From the NCBI GenBank assembly GCA_001179505.1, contig CDMY01000382.1:1-64000 (forward strand): 64,000 bases of DNA, given 5' to 3'. Made by a program: the position numbers and the translations under genes. The notes under the pieces were generated by a model that worked only from the letters and a program-made list of their open reading frames with translations, was not told the DNA's origin and searched no databases. Positions 26,743-38,779 of this stretch are shown in pieces. How positions within the stretch are numbered: position 1 is the first letter of the stretch; each line of letters begins with the position of its first letter. This stretch comes from Vitrella brassicaformis CCMP3155. Lineage: Eukaryota > Protista > Chromerida.

Positions 26743-27052
26743 CAGAGCTCACCTTGCTAGTTTCTTCCTCGCGTAAGTGTCTGTCTGTCTGTCTGTATGT
26801 CTGTCTGTTTATTTGTTTGCAGATTCCTCGCCTCACTCACGCCCCCGAAGCACGAACATTGGGTCAGTGCCAAGACGTTCTTTGCCTGTGCCGAGGGGCA
26901 GGGCTACTCGTGCGGCGCCGTAGACGACAGCGCCCTGACAAAGCGCTGCAAGCGCGAGACGGTGCCCCCACGTCTGCACACACGCCCAACGCACACAACA
27001 CAACACAGCACAGCACATCAGCTGTCTGTCTGTCTGCCTGCAGGAGGAATGA
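25863..27052 (+). CDS. Secreted PEBP (phosphatidylethanolamine-binding/RKIP/YbhB) family protein
   Basis: Signal peptide MCGVAAVLGFVFVSSAMA. Spliced motifs LVLDLDAP...WVHWLVTD, YKGPSPPSGT|HRYVVYVFQ match the PEBP DPDxP, HW and GPxPP.G.HRY motifs. Confidence 0.8.
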
Positions 27053-27349
27053 CCTGCATGTATGTTATGTGTGGATCAAGCATGGGTCACCGAACTGAGC
27101 GGCTGAGCAGATGGATGGATGGATGGATGGATGGGCGGTGCATGGGGTGGACCGCGCTCTTTTTCATCTCCTGAATCAATGAAGGAGAGCATTGCTTGCA
27201 TGGCATTGCATTCAGCGTTCATAGCTACGTCTGGCTGTACAAGACATCAACCGACACAGACGACGATCTATACACACATACACACGCACATTTCCAGACT
27301 GTCTGGATGAACGACTTAATTGGTGATGGACACAGACGTACAGACAGAC

Positions 27350-27381
<32 letters not shown>

Positions 27382-27382
27382 G

Positions 27383-29387
27383 CTAGGGCTTGAACTGAGC
27401 GTCGAGCGCTCGTGACAGCCACTCCTTGAGCCTCCTGCTCATCTCCCACACATCGCCGTCAACCAACACACCTGACACATGACACACACCATGCATGACT
27501 CACACAGCTGGGGATCACCACACCCACTCGTCTGTCCATCAGCAGGCCGCCCAACCTACCTTTGTGCATCTGGATGGCCTCCAAGTGTGCCGTCACGCAC
27601 AGATACTCAGACATCTTCACACGCTGCGCACACGAGTAAGCAAGCATATAGGTCCAACAGCCAGCCAGCCCACCTTTCTGCCATCCCTCGATCATCTCAT
27701 TCTCACCACAGCATGCGTGTGCTCCACTGACGGCGCATCGACCACCGACACATCGACGCCCCTGTCCCAGTCGAAGGTCTTGCCATCACCAGACCTCTTG
27801 GCAGCCGACCACCAAATGGGCGAATCCTTGTGTGCCTGCCGGTTGGCCCTCAGCTGCTCCATGGCTGGCCTCAGGAGGGGGTCTTTCTCGTACTCGCGCT
27901 GGAAGCGGGTCAGCAGCGCCTCCCACACGAGCCACGCTGAGCCCTGACAGACAACAGAAGGAAGAGAAGGAAGAGAAGGAAGAGACAGAAAATGAATCAA
28001 TCGGTCGTCGGGCGAGCGCTGTCTGTTGTCTTGTCAGTCACCTTCTTGTGTGCGTTGAGGTGTGCGTTGAGCTTTGTGAATTCGTCTCTGGGCCCGCCAG
28101 TGGACAGCTCCACCACGCCAACCTTGCAGGACGGATCGATCGCCGCACCCTCCTCCCATCTGCACACACACACATACACACACACACACACACATGCGTG
28201 AGCTGCACTCTGTGTGCGGTTCCCCTGTGTGTGTGCATTTGTTGTCTCCCTCACTTGTGCAGTGCTGCAGCGGTCCCGGCTTTGAACGTCTGAAAAGGCT
28301 CAAGTGTGGGCGGCAGGGTGAATCCGAAGCTGAGGAACAGCTGAGGGTTTGACCGGTCGCCGTACGAGATGACGATCTCCTCACCCGCAGCAATCGCACG
28401 GCTCGCATTCACCTGACCGTGTGTACACACACCACACATCGATGGCACACATTGACGGACGCCCAGCATCAGCCAGCCCCATATCATCCATGCGGTCATT
28501 CTCTGTCTGTCTACCTGCAGCGAGTCGACGACGGCATCAAACTGCCAGCGGGCATTTGCGAATCTCGATGGCGCATGGTTCAGCAGGTCAGCGCCACACG
28601 GGACCACATCACCCAACCCATTTGCCACAGCCATGCTCCGCGACTGCAGCAGTGCCGTCGCCCGCATGAACGACTCCAGGCCAAACCTCGGCCCGAGAAT
28701 CCGCCTATCCACGTTGGCCAAAATCTTCCTGTGGTCCTGGGCGTAGAAACTCCGATGCTTGGCCGCAAGGGTGGCCAGGAGGGATGGGGAGGCATAGAGG
28801 GGCGGCGCCGCGTCGGTGTGGTTGCCGGCAGCTATGGCGGGTAGCGGAGGGGTGGGCAGCGAGGCGATCAGCTTCAGCCACGCCTCCCACAGAGAATGTA
28901 CCTCCTTAGTGCCCGAGATGACGGACAGAGGGGCGGCTGTGCCGTGTGTGTCGATGTGATCGAGGGCGAGAGCCATGAAGGCCTGCAGGGGCGCGTTGTG
29001 CTTCAGATGCAGGCCGGGGATCTTCTGCACCTCCGCCACCAGCGGGTGGATGCCCTCCACTGCCGAGCCCGTCAGCATCACCTTGCGTGGGATGGTCAAC
29101 AGCACCTCGTTGGCCGCTATTGCCCGACTGGCCACAATCCCTCGATGGCCGCGCTGCCCCTCAGAGCCATCCAATAAAGTGAGGGCGGCACTGATGTGGC
29201 CGTCGTTGGCTCCCATTGCCGTACGCAGTGCATCGAATGGCGTTGCAAGGGAGGTCGATTGGCCGACGATACTCCTCCATCTTGGCAGCACATGGGTGCT
29301 GAACAGACTGGCGATGACGGCTGACAGGGCGCCGAGGCAGATGAGGGAAAAGCGCCCGCTCCAATTGCCCGCCGCAGCGGCTCCCAT
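27383..29387 (-). CDS. SET-domain lysine methyltransferase, Rubisco-LSMT/SETD3 class, with N-terminal hydrophobic anchor
   Basis: GHRGIVASRAIAANEVLLTIP, ALLQSRS, GADLLNHAP, AIAAGEEIVISYGDRSNPQLFLSFGF. Hydrophobic stretch SLICLGALSAVIASLFSTHVL near the N-terminus. Last exon ends ...AQFKP* (TAG at 27383-27385). Confidence 0.85.
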
Positions 29388-29944
29388 GTCAGTTCCGTGT
29401 GCACTCGCCGCGTGTACGAGATCTGAAAGAACAAAGAGATAGGAATAATGCACCGATCGTGCCTTCGCGCGGTCCTTTCCTTTCCTCACCTTTGTTTCCT
29501 GCGAGCTGTCGCAGAGCATCTGCGAGCTTAGCACACAAAAGGGGAAGGAGCTCTTGCGCGTGATTGGCCTTTCCTTCACTCACACGGTCGCGAGCGGCTC
29601 AAGAAATCGCTCAGGCGCATCGGAAAGGTGCGTTTTCTGAGTTGCTCTGAGGGGAGAGAGAACGAGGTGGAGGTTTCCTGTCCTACCTTGTCACGCGAGC
29701 CATCTGTCGACATGCGTAAGATAACACGCAACAGCGTAGAGAGAGAAGGCCGCCTCGCTGAGTGCGGGTGTGAATCAGACACTCTCATCTCTGTGTGGCG
29801 TGTTTGTGTGTTTGCGTGTTTGTGGACGGCTCTGATTGGCCACTATTGCAGGGGTGTCACTGGCCGGCGTGACTCGTGTGTGTTATTGCTTGGATGAAGA
29901 CGTGGAGGCAGCATGCCCGCGGGCGAGGCCTCTCACCTCAGCTT

Positions 29945-32900
29945 ATGGACAGTGACCGTCCCCTGCTGCGGACAAGCCAGGACAACGACAACCAGTCCGA
30001 CGTATTACCTACACACTCTCGCCAGACCCAACGCTCCACACGCTCGACAACTCGCCACGCCCCCCGGCCCGCCAATCGCAAAGACTACGACAGTCTGATC
30101 ACCCTCAGCGACTCAGACACCGACGAGCAAGACAAACAGCAGGGTCGTCACACTCCAGCCCCCCAATCGCTGGGCGCTCCCGCCATGATGACGGACACTT
30201 CCCCCCCTGGCGAGCACGGCGACCCCACTGCTCGCTCCCCCCTCCCCCTCTCTGCCACTGATATCGGTCCCGAAGGGCAGATCGGTCGCCCGGGTTTGGA
30301 GCCAGATGAGCCGCAGCCGCCGATGGACGAAGAGGAGACGGCCGAGATGCTGCCTCGGTCCACCACACAGGCGGCCGTCGGCCAGTGGCGGCAGCACTTC
30401 GTGAACTCGGTGCTGCGGGCCGACCGCGTATCGCCGACCACTTCGCCCCGCATCCGCGAGATGTTTTATCACCACGAGGAGGAGGCGCACGTTCCCACCC
30501 GCACCAGCTCACAGGACTTCGCCACCGTCGACTGGCGACACGACAGAGTGGCCTATGCGCGGCGTCAGCAGGAGCTGGAGCACTTCCAGGGCTTCTGTGC
30601 CACCTGCCGAGTGTACCTGGTCAAGGCTGAGGGCTGGATCTTCTGCGCGGCCATTGGTTTCATGGCTGCCGTGAGCGCCGCCTACATCGAGGTGGCCGGG
30701 GCGTACTTTGCTGACCTCAGGATCGGCATCTGCCGAGGCATGTTCTGGATGGATCGCAGGTAGGTAGCCCCCGCCCGGGCGCCACACAAGATATATTATC
30801 TATCGAGAGGCAGGCGGCCATGTCATGATTCTCGTGTGTGTCTGGTCTGTGTGGCTCGTGTGTGTTAGGTATTGTTGCGGCAGTGATTTTGCGGTAGATT
30901 TCGCGCACAACCGTTGTCTGAAGGAGAGCGAGGATGTCATCGACCACCACGACCACCCCAACGAGTTCGACCACACCTCCTGGCTCTCCTGGGCCACAGT
31001 CCTGGGCATCAACGAACACAACTACCTGGCCGCCTACTTGGCCGACTACCTCGTGTACGTCATCATCGCCATCGTCATGGCCTGCATTGCCGCCTGGCTC
31101 GTCCGCTCATACGCCAAGGCCGCGTCGGGCTCGGGGATCCCCGAGGTCAAGACCATCCTGGGCGGCTTCGTGATGAAGGGCACTCTGGGGGCCTGGACGC
31201 TGGCCATCAAGTGTGTGGGGCTGGGGCTCGCCGTGGCCAGCGGCCTGGCGCTCGGCAAGGAGGGCCCGCTCGTCCACGTGGCCTGCTGCTGGGCGAACCT
31301 TCTCTCCAGACTCTCGCTCAAGGTACCGTACCCGATCACCGCACCCAGCAGTCCATATGGTATGCAGTTTCTGTTTGAGTGTGTTGTGTTGTGTTGTGTC
31401 TGCCATGCAGTATCACGACAACGAGATGAAGAAGCGCGAGCTCATCTCAGCTGCAGCCGCGGCAGGTGTGTCGGTGGCCTTCGGGGCGCCCCTCGGCGGC
31501 GTGTTGTTCTCGCTCGAGGAGGTGTCGACCTACTTCCCGCCCAAGACGCTGTGGAAGAGTTTTTTTTGTGCGGTGGTGGCCGCCCTGACCCTCAAGTGGA
31601 TCGACCCAAGGAGCACCGGGGCCCTCACAATGTTCCAAATCGACTACATTTCGCTGCTCGGGTCAGTCAGAAAACAGCAAGGGGAGAGAGAGAGAGAGAG
31701 GGACCGTGTGTATGTTTGCGTGTCTGTGGTATCTCTCTCTCCGTGTGTCTGTCTGCAGGACTTATCAGATCATCGAGCTGATCCCATTCGCCCTGCTGGG
31801 TCTGATGGGCGGGCTGCTGGGCGCGCTGTTCATCCACCTCAACATCCGCTGGTCGGCCAGCAAGCGCAACAACCCCACCATCCAGGCCAGCCCTGTCCTA
31901 GAGATGATGATCCTCACTCTTTGCACGGCCGTCATCAACTACCTCCTTCCCATGATGCGCGGCCCCGCCAGTGTGCTGCTGGAGCAGCTGTTCGGGCGGT
32001 GTGGGTCGACGGACAACCCAGACATGTTCTCAATGTGTTCCAAGAGCACTGACAGCTTCACCGAATATGACGTGGACTGGGGCATCTTTCTCTCGCTCTT
32101 CGCCGTCATGGTGCTGAGGTTCGTCCAGGCCGTCTTCACCTTCGGCAGCCCAGTGCCGGCGGGGCTCTTCATCCCTTCTCTCACCGTACAGACAGCCTGC
32201 CTGCGGGACGGGGGGGACCCACACGCGCATCCGTGTGATGGGATACCTACCCACTTGTGTGTGTGTGTCTTGTGGAGCAGATCGGTGCGTGTTTCGGTCG
32301 TTTGGTGGGTCTGCTGATGATTCGTTTGAACAACGCGATCCCGCTGATCCAGGAGTGCCACAAGTGCATCCAGCCGGGCATCTACGCCATGGTGGGGGCG
32401 GCAGCCATGCTCGGCGGCGTCACCCGCATGACCATCTCACTGGTAGGTACACGCGCATCCATCGCACCCACACAAACCATCCATCCATCCATCCCATCAG
32501 AGAGGCAGCACCGCACATGTGTGTGTGTCTTGCCTTGTCTTGGTGTGTGTGCAGGTTGTGATAATGTTTGAGTTGACGGGCGGTCTGAGTTACATTGTGC
32601 CGTTCATGATATCGGTCATGATATCCAAATGGGTCGGCGACGCCTTTTTCCCGGGCGTATACGACTGCTACATCCGGCTCAAGGGATACCCCTACCTGGA
32701 GTCGTCAGCTGACGTAACAGCCAAACCACACACACACACACACACAGCTCCCATCCGTCTGTGCGCATGGCATGGTGTTTGTGTGCAGGTGACCTTCACG
32801 GCTCGCGCGTGTGACATAATGGAGGACCGGCTGGTGGTCATCACTCTCGAGGGCAACACCATCGCATCCCTCCAGCAAAAACTGACAAGGTCAGCCGCCC

Positions 32901-34301
32901 CACCCCCCCACTACAGTCTCAGCAGACACGGATACCCACGTCCCATGCTTGTGTGTGTCTGTGTGCGCAGGTACAGCTTCAGCGGATATCCTCTGGTCAG
33001 CACGCGCAAGGACATGATCCTCCTGGGCTACATCGCCTCCAAGGACCTCGCCAACGCACTCGACAAGGCACTCGAGAACCCCGAGGTCCGCGGCACCACC
33101 ATGTGCAGATTCCTCAAGTACTCACGGGTACTCGGGATGATGTCAGCCGCTAGGGCGAGGGCGAGAGGTGAGTCTGTCAGCGAGCAGCCAAACCACCAAC
33201 CAATGGCCATCTTCATTCATTGATGTGTGTGTCAGCCGCGGCGGGCGCGACCCCTTTGTCGGTGAGTTTTGCGGGTCGGGCGGCGAGTGTGGTCATGACG
33301 CCGTCGCCCCGCCAGTTGCCCACGGCTGAGGACCTGGTGAGCTATGGCGGGGAGCCGTTTGTGGACCTGAGCGACATAGTGGACGAGCACATCATCCAGC
33401 TGGTGCCTGAGACGCCACTCGGACAGATATACAACATGTTCAGGCAACTCGGACTCAGGTGAATGCGATGTAGGTGGTGGGGACACATCATCCACTGACT
33501 CACACGTGTGTGTGTGTGTGTGTGTGTAGGTTCTGTCTGCTGACGCGGCACGGCAAGCTCGAAGGCATTCTGACGAAGAAGGTGGGAGCGGAGAGCTGAC
33601 TGACACAGACAGACAGCCAAGACACATGTGCACCGTACCCCAACGTTGACCCACCTGACCTGCTGTGCTGTGACCGCCAGACGTTTTTGACGCACATGGA
33701 GCTGGCTCACCCAGCGGACCTGCCCAACATCCACACACCCCTGCCCTACCCCACTCCCAACCGACGAGGCCGCGACACACAGATCGAAGTCACAGCAGAC
33801 TCCCCCGCACACGGGCCTCTGGTAAGCCAATGTGGCCCACCACACCACACCACACGACAGGACACCAGCGATGAATGCACTGCACAATCCAATTCACCAT
33901 GTGTGTGTCTGTCTGTGTGTGATCCCATCACATAGGTGATGACGGCGAGCTCCGAGCAGGCCCCCCGGATCATTGTGCCGCCCAAGCTGCCCACCACCTA
34001 TTCCACTCCCGCCCAGCTGACGGCGCGGCGAGAGAGGGCCGCCACGGAGGCCGGCACATCGCTGCCGCAGACCACTCCCCCAGACATGAACGGCGACGGA
34101 CACCTGCAGGAGAGCAATGGCTCGAGCCGGGAGGACGACAGGGCGCGGCTCATCGATGTGGAGACGCCGCCAAGAGACCCCCGGCGGCAGGTCAGCGAGC
34201 CGGGCAGCAGCAGATATGGCGGCAGTGGGGGGAGTGGTGGTGGGGGTGGCAGGCAGAGCGACGGTGACGCGCCTGGCAATACCAAGGAGGGAGAGCCATA
34301 G
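29945..34301 (+). CDS. CLC: CLC-family chloride/proton exchanger (CLC-3/4/5/Gef1-like) with two CBS domains
   Basis: Signature motifs [14 protein letters not shown] (gating Glu), [18 protein letters not shown] (proton Glu present), [37 protein letters not shown], then two CBS repeats. Dileucine-type motifs DRPLL (N-terminal) and DRARLI (C-terminal). Start may instead be ATG 29894. Confidence 0.95.
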
Positions 34302-34774
34302 CTTTAGCCGCAGACAGACAGGAGAACTGATGGATGATGCACTCACAGACAGACAGACAGACAGACAAGGGCTGACTGACACGTGTGGTGTCTGTCGTGT
34401 GGGGTGCGTGCCGTTTGTTTCTATCGGACATGTGTACGTCCGTATCCGCTGGCCGGCCAGCCGGGGGATCGGTGGAGGTTTGTTTGTCTGGTCGTCTCGA
34501 TACGCTCGTATCGGCTCCCTCGGGTTTTTTCAGTGCGAGCGAGCGAGCGACCCCTCCGCCTTCACGGCTGGCTGTCTCCCTCCCTGCCTCCCTCGCTATG
34601 TCTGTGGCCCTCTGCGTTCGCTGGCCCGTTGGTTCGTAGGGTGTGGGAGAGAGAGGGGGTGGGCGATTGGCTGGCTGGGTGGTTTCAGATGGGATGAGCT
34701 CGGCCTCAGCTCCCCTGGTCTGACTGACAGCAAACAGAGAGCCGTAGATAGATGACGTTGCTATCGTCGTGTTT

Positions 34775-34830
34775 GTGCGTTGTCCTGGCGGCTGCGCGAT
34801 GTGTGCGTTGTCCTGGCGGCTGCGCGATGT
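34775..34830. repeat. Perfect 28-bp tandem repeat, 2 copies, intergenic/UTR
   Basis: gtgcgttgtcctggcggctgcgcgatgt at 34775-34802 and 34803-34830. Confidence 0.8.
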
Positions 34831-35054
34831 GGTGGCATTCGGCACTGGATTGTGGGCAGCGCACGCAGACACGATTGGTCGCCTGTGTGAGCAGCCTACG
34901 AGCCGCAGCTGTATGCCGTCCGTCCGTCCAGCCAGCCAGCCATCCCGACAATCTTGCTATATCTCACTGACTGTCGAGTGTCTTCATACCTTCGTGTGTG
35001 AGTGTGAGTGGTCAGCCGATGTCCTGTCGTCTGAGCAGCCAAGTGCTGGCGAGA

Positions 35055-35091
<37 letters not shown>

Positions 35092-35457
35092 TGTGAGGGG
35101 CCGCTCTGACCGTTTTTGAGCTCCGTGAGTGATATTCCTTCCGTGCACCCGACTGACAATTGCGTGCCACGCTCTCTGTATGAGGCTGTACGTGTTGCGT
35201 GTGCGTTAAATGCGTTTGTGTATGTGTGTGGACTCATCCACCACATCTATCTATGTGGTGTATGTGTTTGAACGCATCGTCTACCTACCTTGTCTAAACC
35301 ATCCACGCGTGTGCGTGTGTGTGTCATTCCCATCATGCGAGGCAGCCACACAACCACCATTCGTTGACTCATTCAAACACACGACATGTCGATGCGATAA
35401 GAGTCCGCAGTCTCGGCCTACTTGTCGATTCGATCTGAGACCACCATCCACCCACCT

Positions 35458-36485
35458 CTATCTTGGCAGCTGCACTGTGTGTGTCCCCTTCTCGGCCGCC
35501 GTCTGCAGCAAAGCCGTCATGCCACTCTCACTGCTACCATCCTCATCAACCTGCAATCGGAGGGCAGCACACACATACACGCGCTCACACACGCCATCCA
35601 CACAGATGTGTGTACCTCGACAGTTGCCTGTGCCTGCTGGTTGTCGTATGCAGCGGGAGCGTCCGTGCCCTCGTCAGTGGCTCCGTCTGTCCCCTGCTCT
35701 CCCGGCAATGGGCCCAATGTGTTCTACACACACACACACACACACATGCATCCGTCTCTCTCGAGCAGGGTGTAAATGTGAAAGGGTGTGTGCGTATGTC
35801 TGTCTGACCGTGACTATTCTGTAAGTCCTGTGTGTGGGAGGTGGCGAGTACTGCAGCGGCACCAGGCGGGGCTGCGGATTGGGCTGGACGAAGGCTGTCT
35901 GGTCGACGGCCGTCCCCTGCTGCACCAGGGGGACCTGACAACAAACAACACAGTGGGATGTCACATGCCATGCGTGTCTCCTCTTGCCCTTCCCACCTCC
36001 AGATCTTCGTCTTGCTCTTGTTGCTGTCGCTGTCGCTGTCGTTGGCGTGAGGAGGAGGACATCACAAACTCACGGGCGTCGGGCACAGACGACTGCTGCA
36101 GAAACAAACAGGGAACATCTGAACACACTGACTGGAATGCTTCGGTCTCCTTGCAAGGGTACTTCCTGATCTCTGCCGTCGTCTTGTATACTCCCTCCTC
36201 CCTCCCCGCCCCTGTTGTCCCCCTTAATACGATACCCCAGGTCTTGAGCAGCCTCCCGCAGACTGCTGCTCGTCGCACTGCCTACCAGGGCCGCCTGTGG
36301 CTGCGCCATTCTGTTCTGAATACCGCGTCTCACCGGGTGAGGGGGCGATTGTCTGGGTGGGGTTAGTAGATGTGTCAGATTATGGTTGGTGGAGTCAGCC
36401 AGGATGTCAGAGATGGTCTGCTCCTCCTGAAGTCAACTCAAGATGGATCAATAAATGAGAACTGCTGTTTGCTTGTTTCCTCTCC

Positions 36486-36526
<41 letters not shown>

Positions 36527-37834
36527 TCTGGGGGGATGGGGGAAGGCACCGACGCGTGCTAGTTGCTGCTGCAGATTGAGTAGGTCTGCTTCTCGGCTGT
36601 CCAGGGCCGCCTCGCGCACCTCCAACCAGCCCTCGCGCTGCATACATAAGGATAGCCAGCCAGTGCCAGCCACAACACCACACACAGACATGACAGACGA
36701 CTTCCATGGCTTCCTCTCATTGACCTTTTCCAAGTCTTGCAGCATCCTCAGCGCCATATCGCCCCCCTCCCCCGCCCCCCGGCGCAGCTGCTGCACACCT
36801 GATGTGGCCGTTGACTTCAGACGGGCTGCCGGTGGCTGTTGTGGCTGTTGTTGTGGGTGTTCTTGTGGCTGTTGGTTCCATGCCGGCACCATGGCCGCCT
36901 CGTTCTGCTGCGGGGCCCTCTCGTACTCGGCATACTGCTGCTGGAGGCCGGCCACATATCGCTGGTAGTCACTGGGCGAGTGGGGAGCATAGACATTGCG
37001 CCGCTGCGCCAACAGGGGTAGTGGGTGGGTATTGCTCACTCGAGGCACCTTCTCCCGTGCGACAGACGAGTATATCACTGTGGCGGGCAGCCGCTGCTGA
37101 GTGGGCTGCCCTGCCGTCGCAATGGATGGGACCATTCGCCGCAGCTGGTTCAGCTGGTCATGCGACATCCTCTTCATCTTGGTCAGCACAATCCGCTGGT
37201 CCAGCCGCACAGTGTCCGCTGCATTGCTGAGGCACTGTGTGTTCCCGGGCGTCGCGTAGGCGAAGTAGTTGGACGAGTTGCCGAGGTAAGTGGCCATGTC
37301 GAGAGCCACAGAGGGCGCCTGGCCGTCAGGGAGCACCGTGCCGTAGACAGCCGGGGTGTGGTCGAGGACCATCCGCATCAGATGGCTGTCAGTCTCCCCG
37401 GCCTTGAACAGCAGCGACACCCCCAGTGTGCGGCCAGAAGTGCCCCTGTGGGCAATGACCACCTCCAGAGGGAACCGCTGAGCGCTCTCTCCCAGCGTGT
37501 GCTGCGACGGCGAATGGATATCGACGAACAGCGCTGCAAATTGCTCGCCCTTGTAGATCAGGCCCCCGAAAGAGGGCGCGGTCAGCCGCAGCCCGCTGCC
37601 GTCATTTTGCACAGCAAATAGGGTGGTTGGGGCGTAGTCGAGCACCAGCTGGCCATCCTCCGGCACAAAGGGCGGCTGGATGTTGATCGGGCCCTGCTGC
37701 ACCGAACAGCTGGAAGCCGCTTGAAGGTTGAGGTCTGCACCAGAATCTGCAAGCGCAAGGGCCGCGGGAGGAAAATGGCAAAGGGAAGCCAGCAGCAGCA
37801 GGGCCAGACGACGAACGCTGCAAGGGCTTTTCAT
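35458..37834 (-). CDS. Secreted alpha-carbonic-anhydrase-like protein (predicted catalytically inactive) with coiled-coil/Q-rich C-terminus
   Basis: Signal peptide MKSPCSVRRLALLLLASLCHFPPAALA. QGPINI (QSPINI), FVDIHSPSQHT (QFHFH..SEHT), FPLEVVIAH (YPLELHLVH), GVSLLF, YFAY...C, MSHDQLNQLR. The 3' exon chain is less certain. Confidence 0.75.
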
Positions 37835-38779
37835 CTCAAGAAGTCGCCATCCCACGACGTATCCTACGAGAGCAGCGATGTGCCGAACAATTGGTGTCGG
37901 AGAAGGCCTCTGAGTCTTCCCCGTGGATTATCAGGCCGACGGATGGTCGTAAACGATGCCCGGACCGCAAATGAAGTGCGCAGGCCGCAAACAGGCCTCA
38001 GCGATGAGTTCCTTGCCGCAGATCTTGGAGTGAGTTGGGGTAGGAGGAAAACAAGCGAGGGTGCCCTTCCTGTGTAGAGAGAATGGACACTAATGACGTT
38101 TGCACTTACAGCATGGCAGCAGTGGTCGGTCGGCACATGATGCAAAGGCAGACAGACGAACAGGCAGACATTTAGGGCAATGCGTCTTGACTCATTGGGT
38201 TGAGTAAATGCAGACGTACAGAATTTCCCTTCTGACGCACACATGACGTGCGGTCCACCCACCTTTTTCACATACCTGGCAGTACCCTTGCATGCACTAC
38301 ATCCACACACACACACACACACACACACAGCAGAGAGCAAAAAGCAGGACAAAAGAGCAAAAAGCGCCGCAGCGCGCCAAAGGGCAATGCAAAAAGTGCT
38401 GGCCCGTCTCGCCAACCAAACCACGGCATACACACATACATGCGCCTGTCATCCCTCACTTGCACCAAACTGTCTGTCTGTCCGTCTGACGCCTCCCTCT
38501 CTACTGCCGTCCCCATGGAAGAATGTGTACCATCACATAACTGTGAGCTCGGATCAGCAGCTGCCACAGCAGCGATGTCCACAGCTGCCGCCACCAATGC
38601 ACCACCTCATATTTCTGAAGAAAAGTATCCCCACAACAGAGGGACATAAGCGAATGGATTGTACGGATAGATGGACCCATGCACGCACGTATATATGCCA
38701 TTCCTTCATCATGGCCGGATGATAGATGGATGGATCGATCAATAGACGGACGGACGAATGGATGGGTGGTCTTACTTAC

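Noticed and set aside
34775-34830. 28-bp direct repeat as a CRISPR or mobile-element remnant
   Set aside because: Two adjacent copies with no spacer, no cas genes and no TIR/TSD context in a eukaryotic UTR. A simple local duplication.
38555-38620. Cys-rich frame RWCIGGGSCGHRCCGSC* as a final cassette of the peptide precursor
   Set aside because: Attractive, but no canonical acceptor places it in phase with the phase-1 donor at 38779. Cys codons also arise easily from GCT/TGC-rich repeats. Left unresolved.
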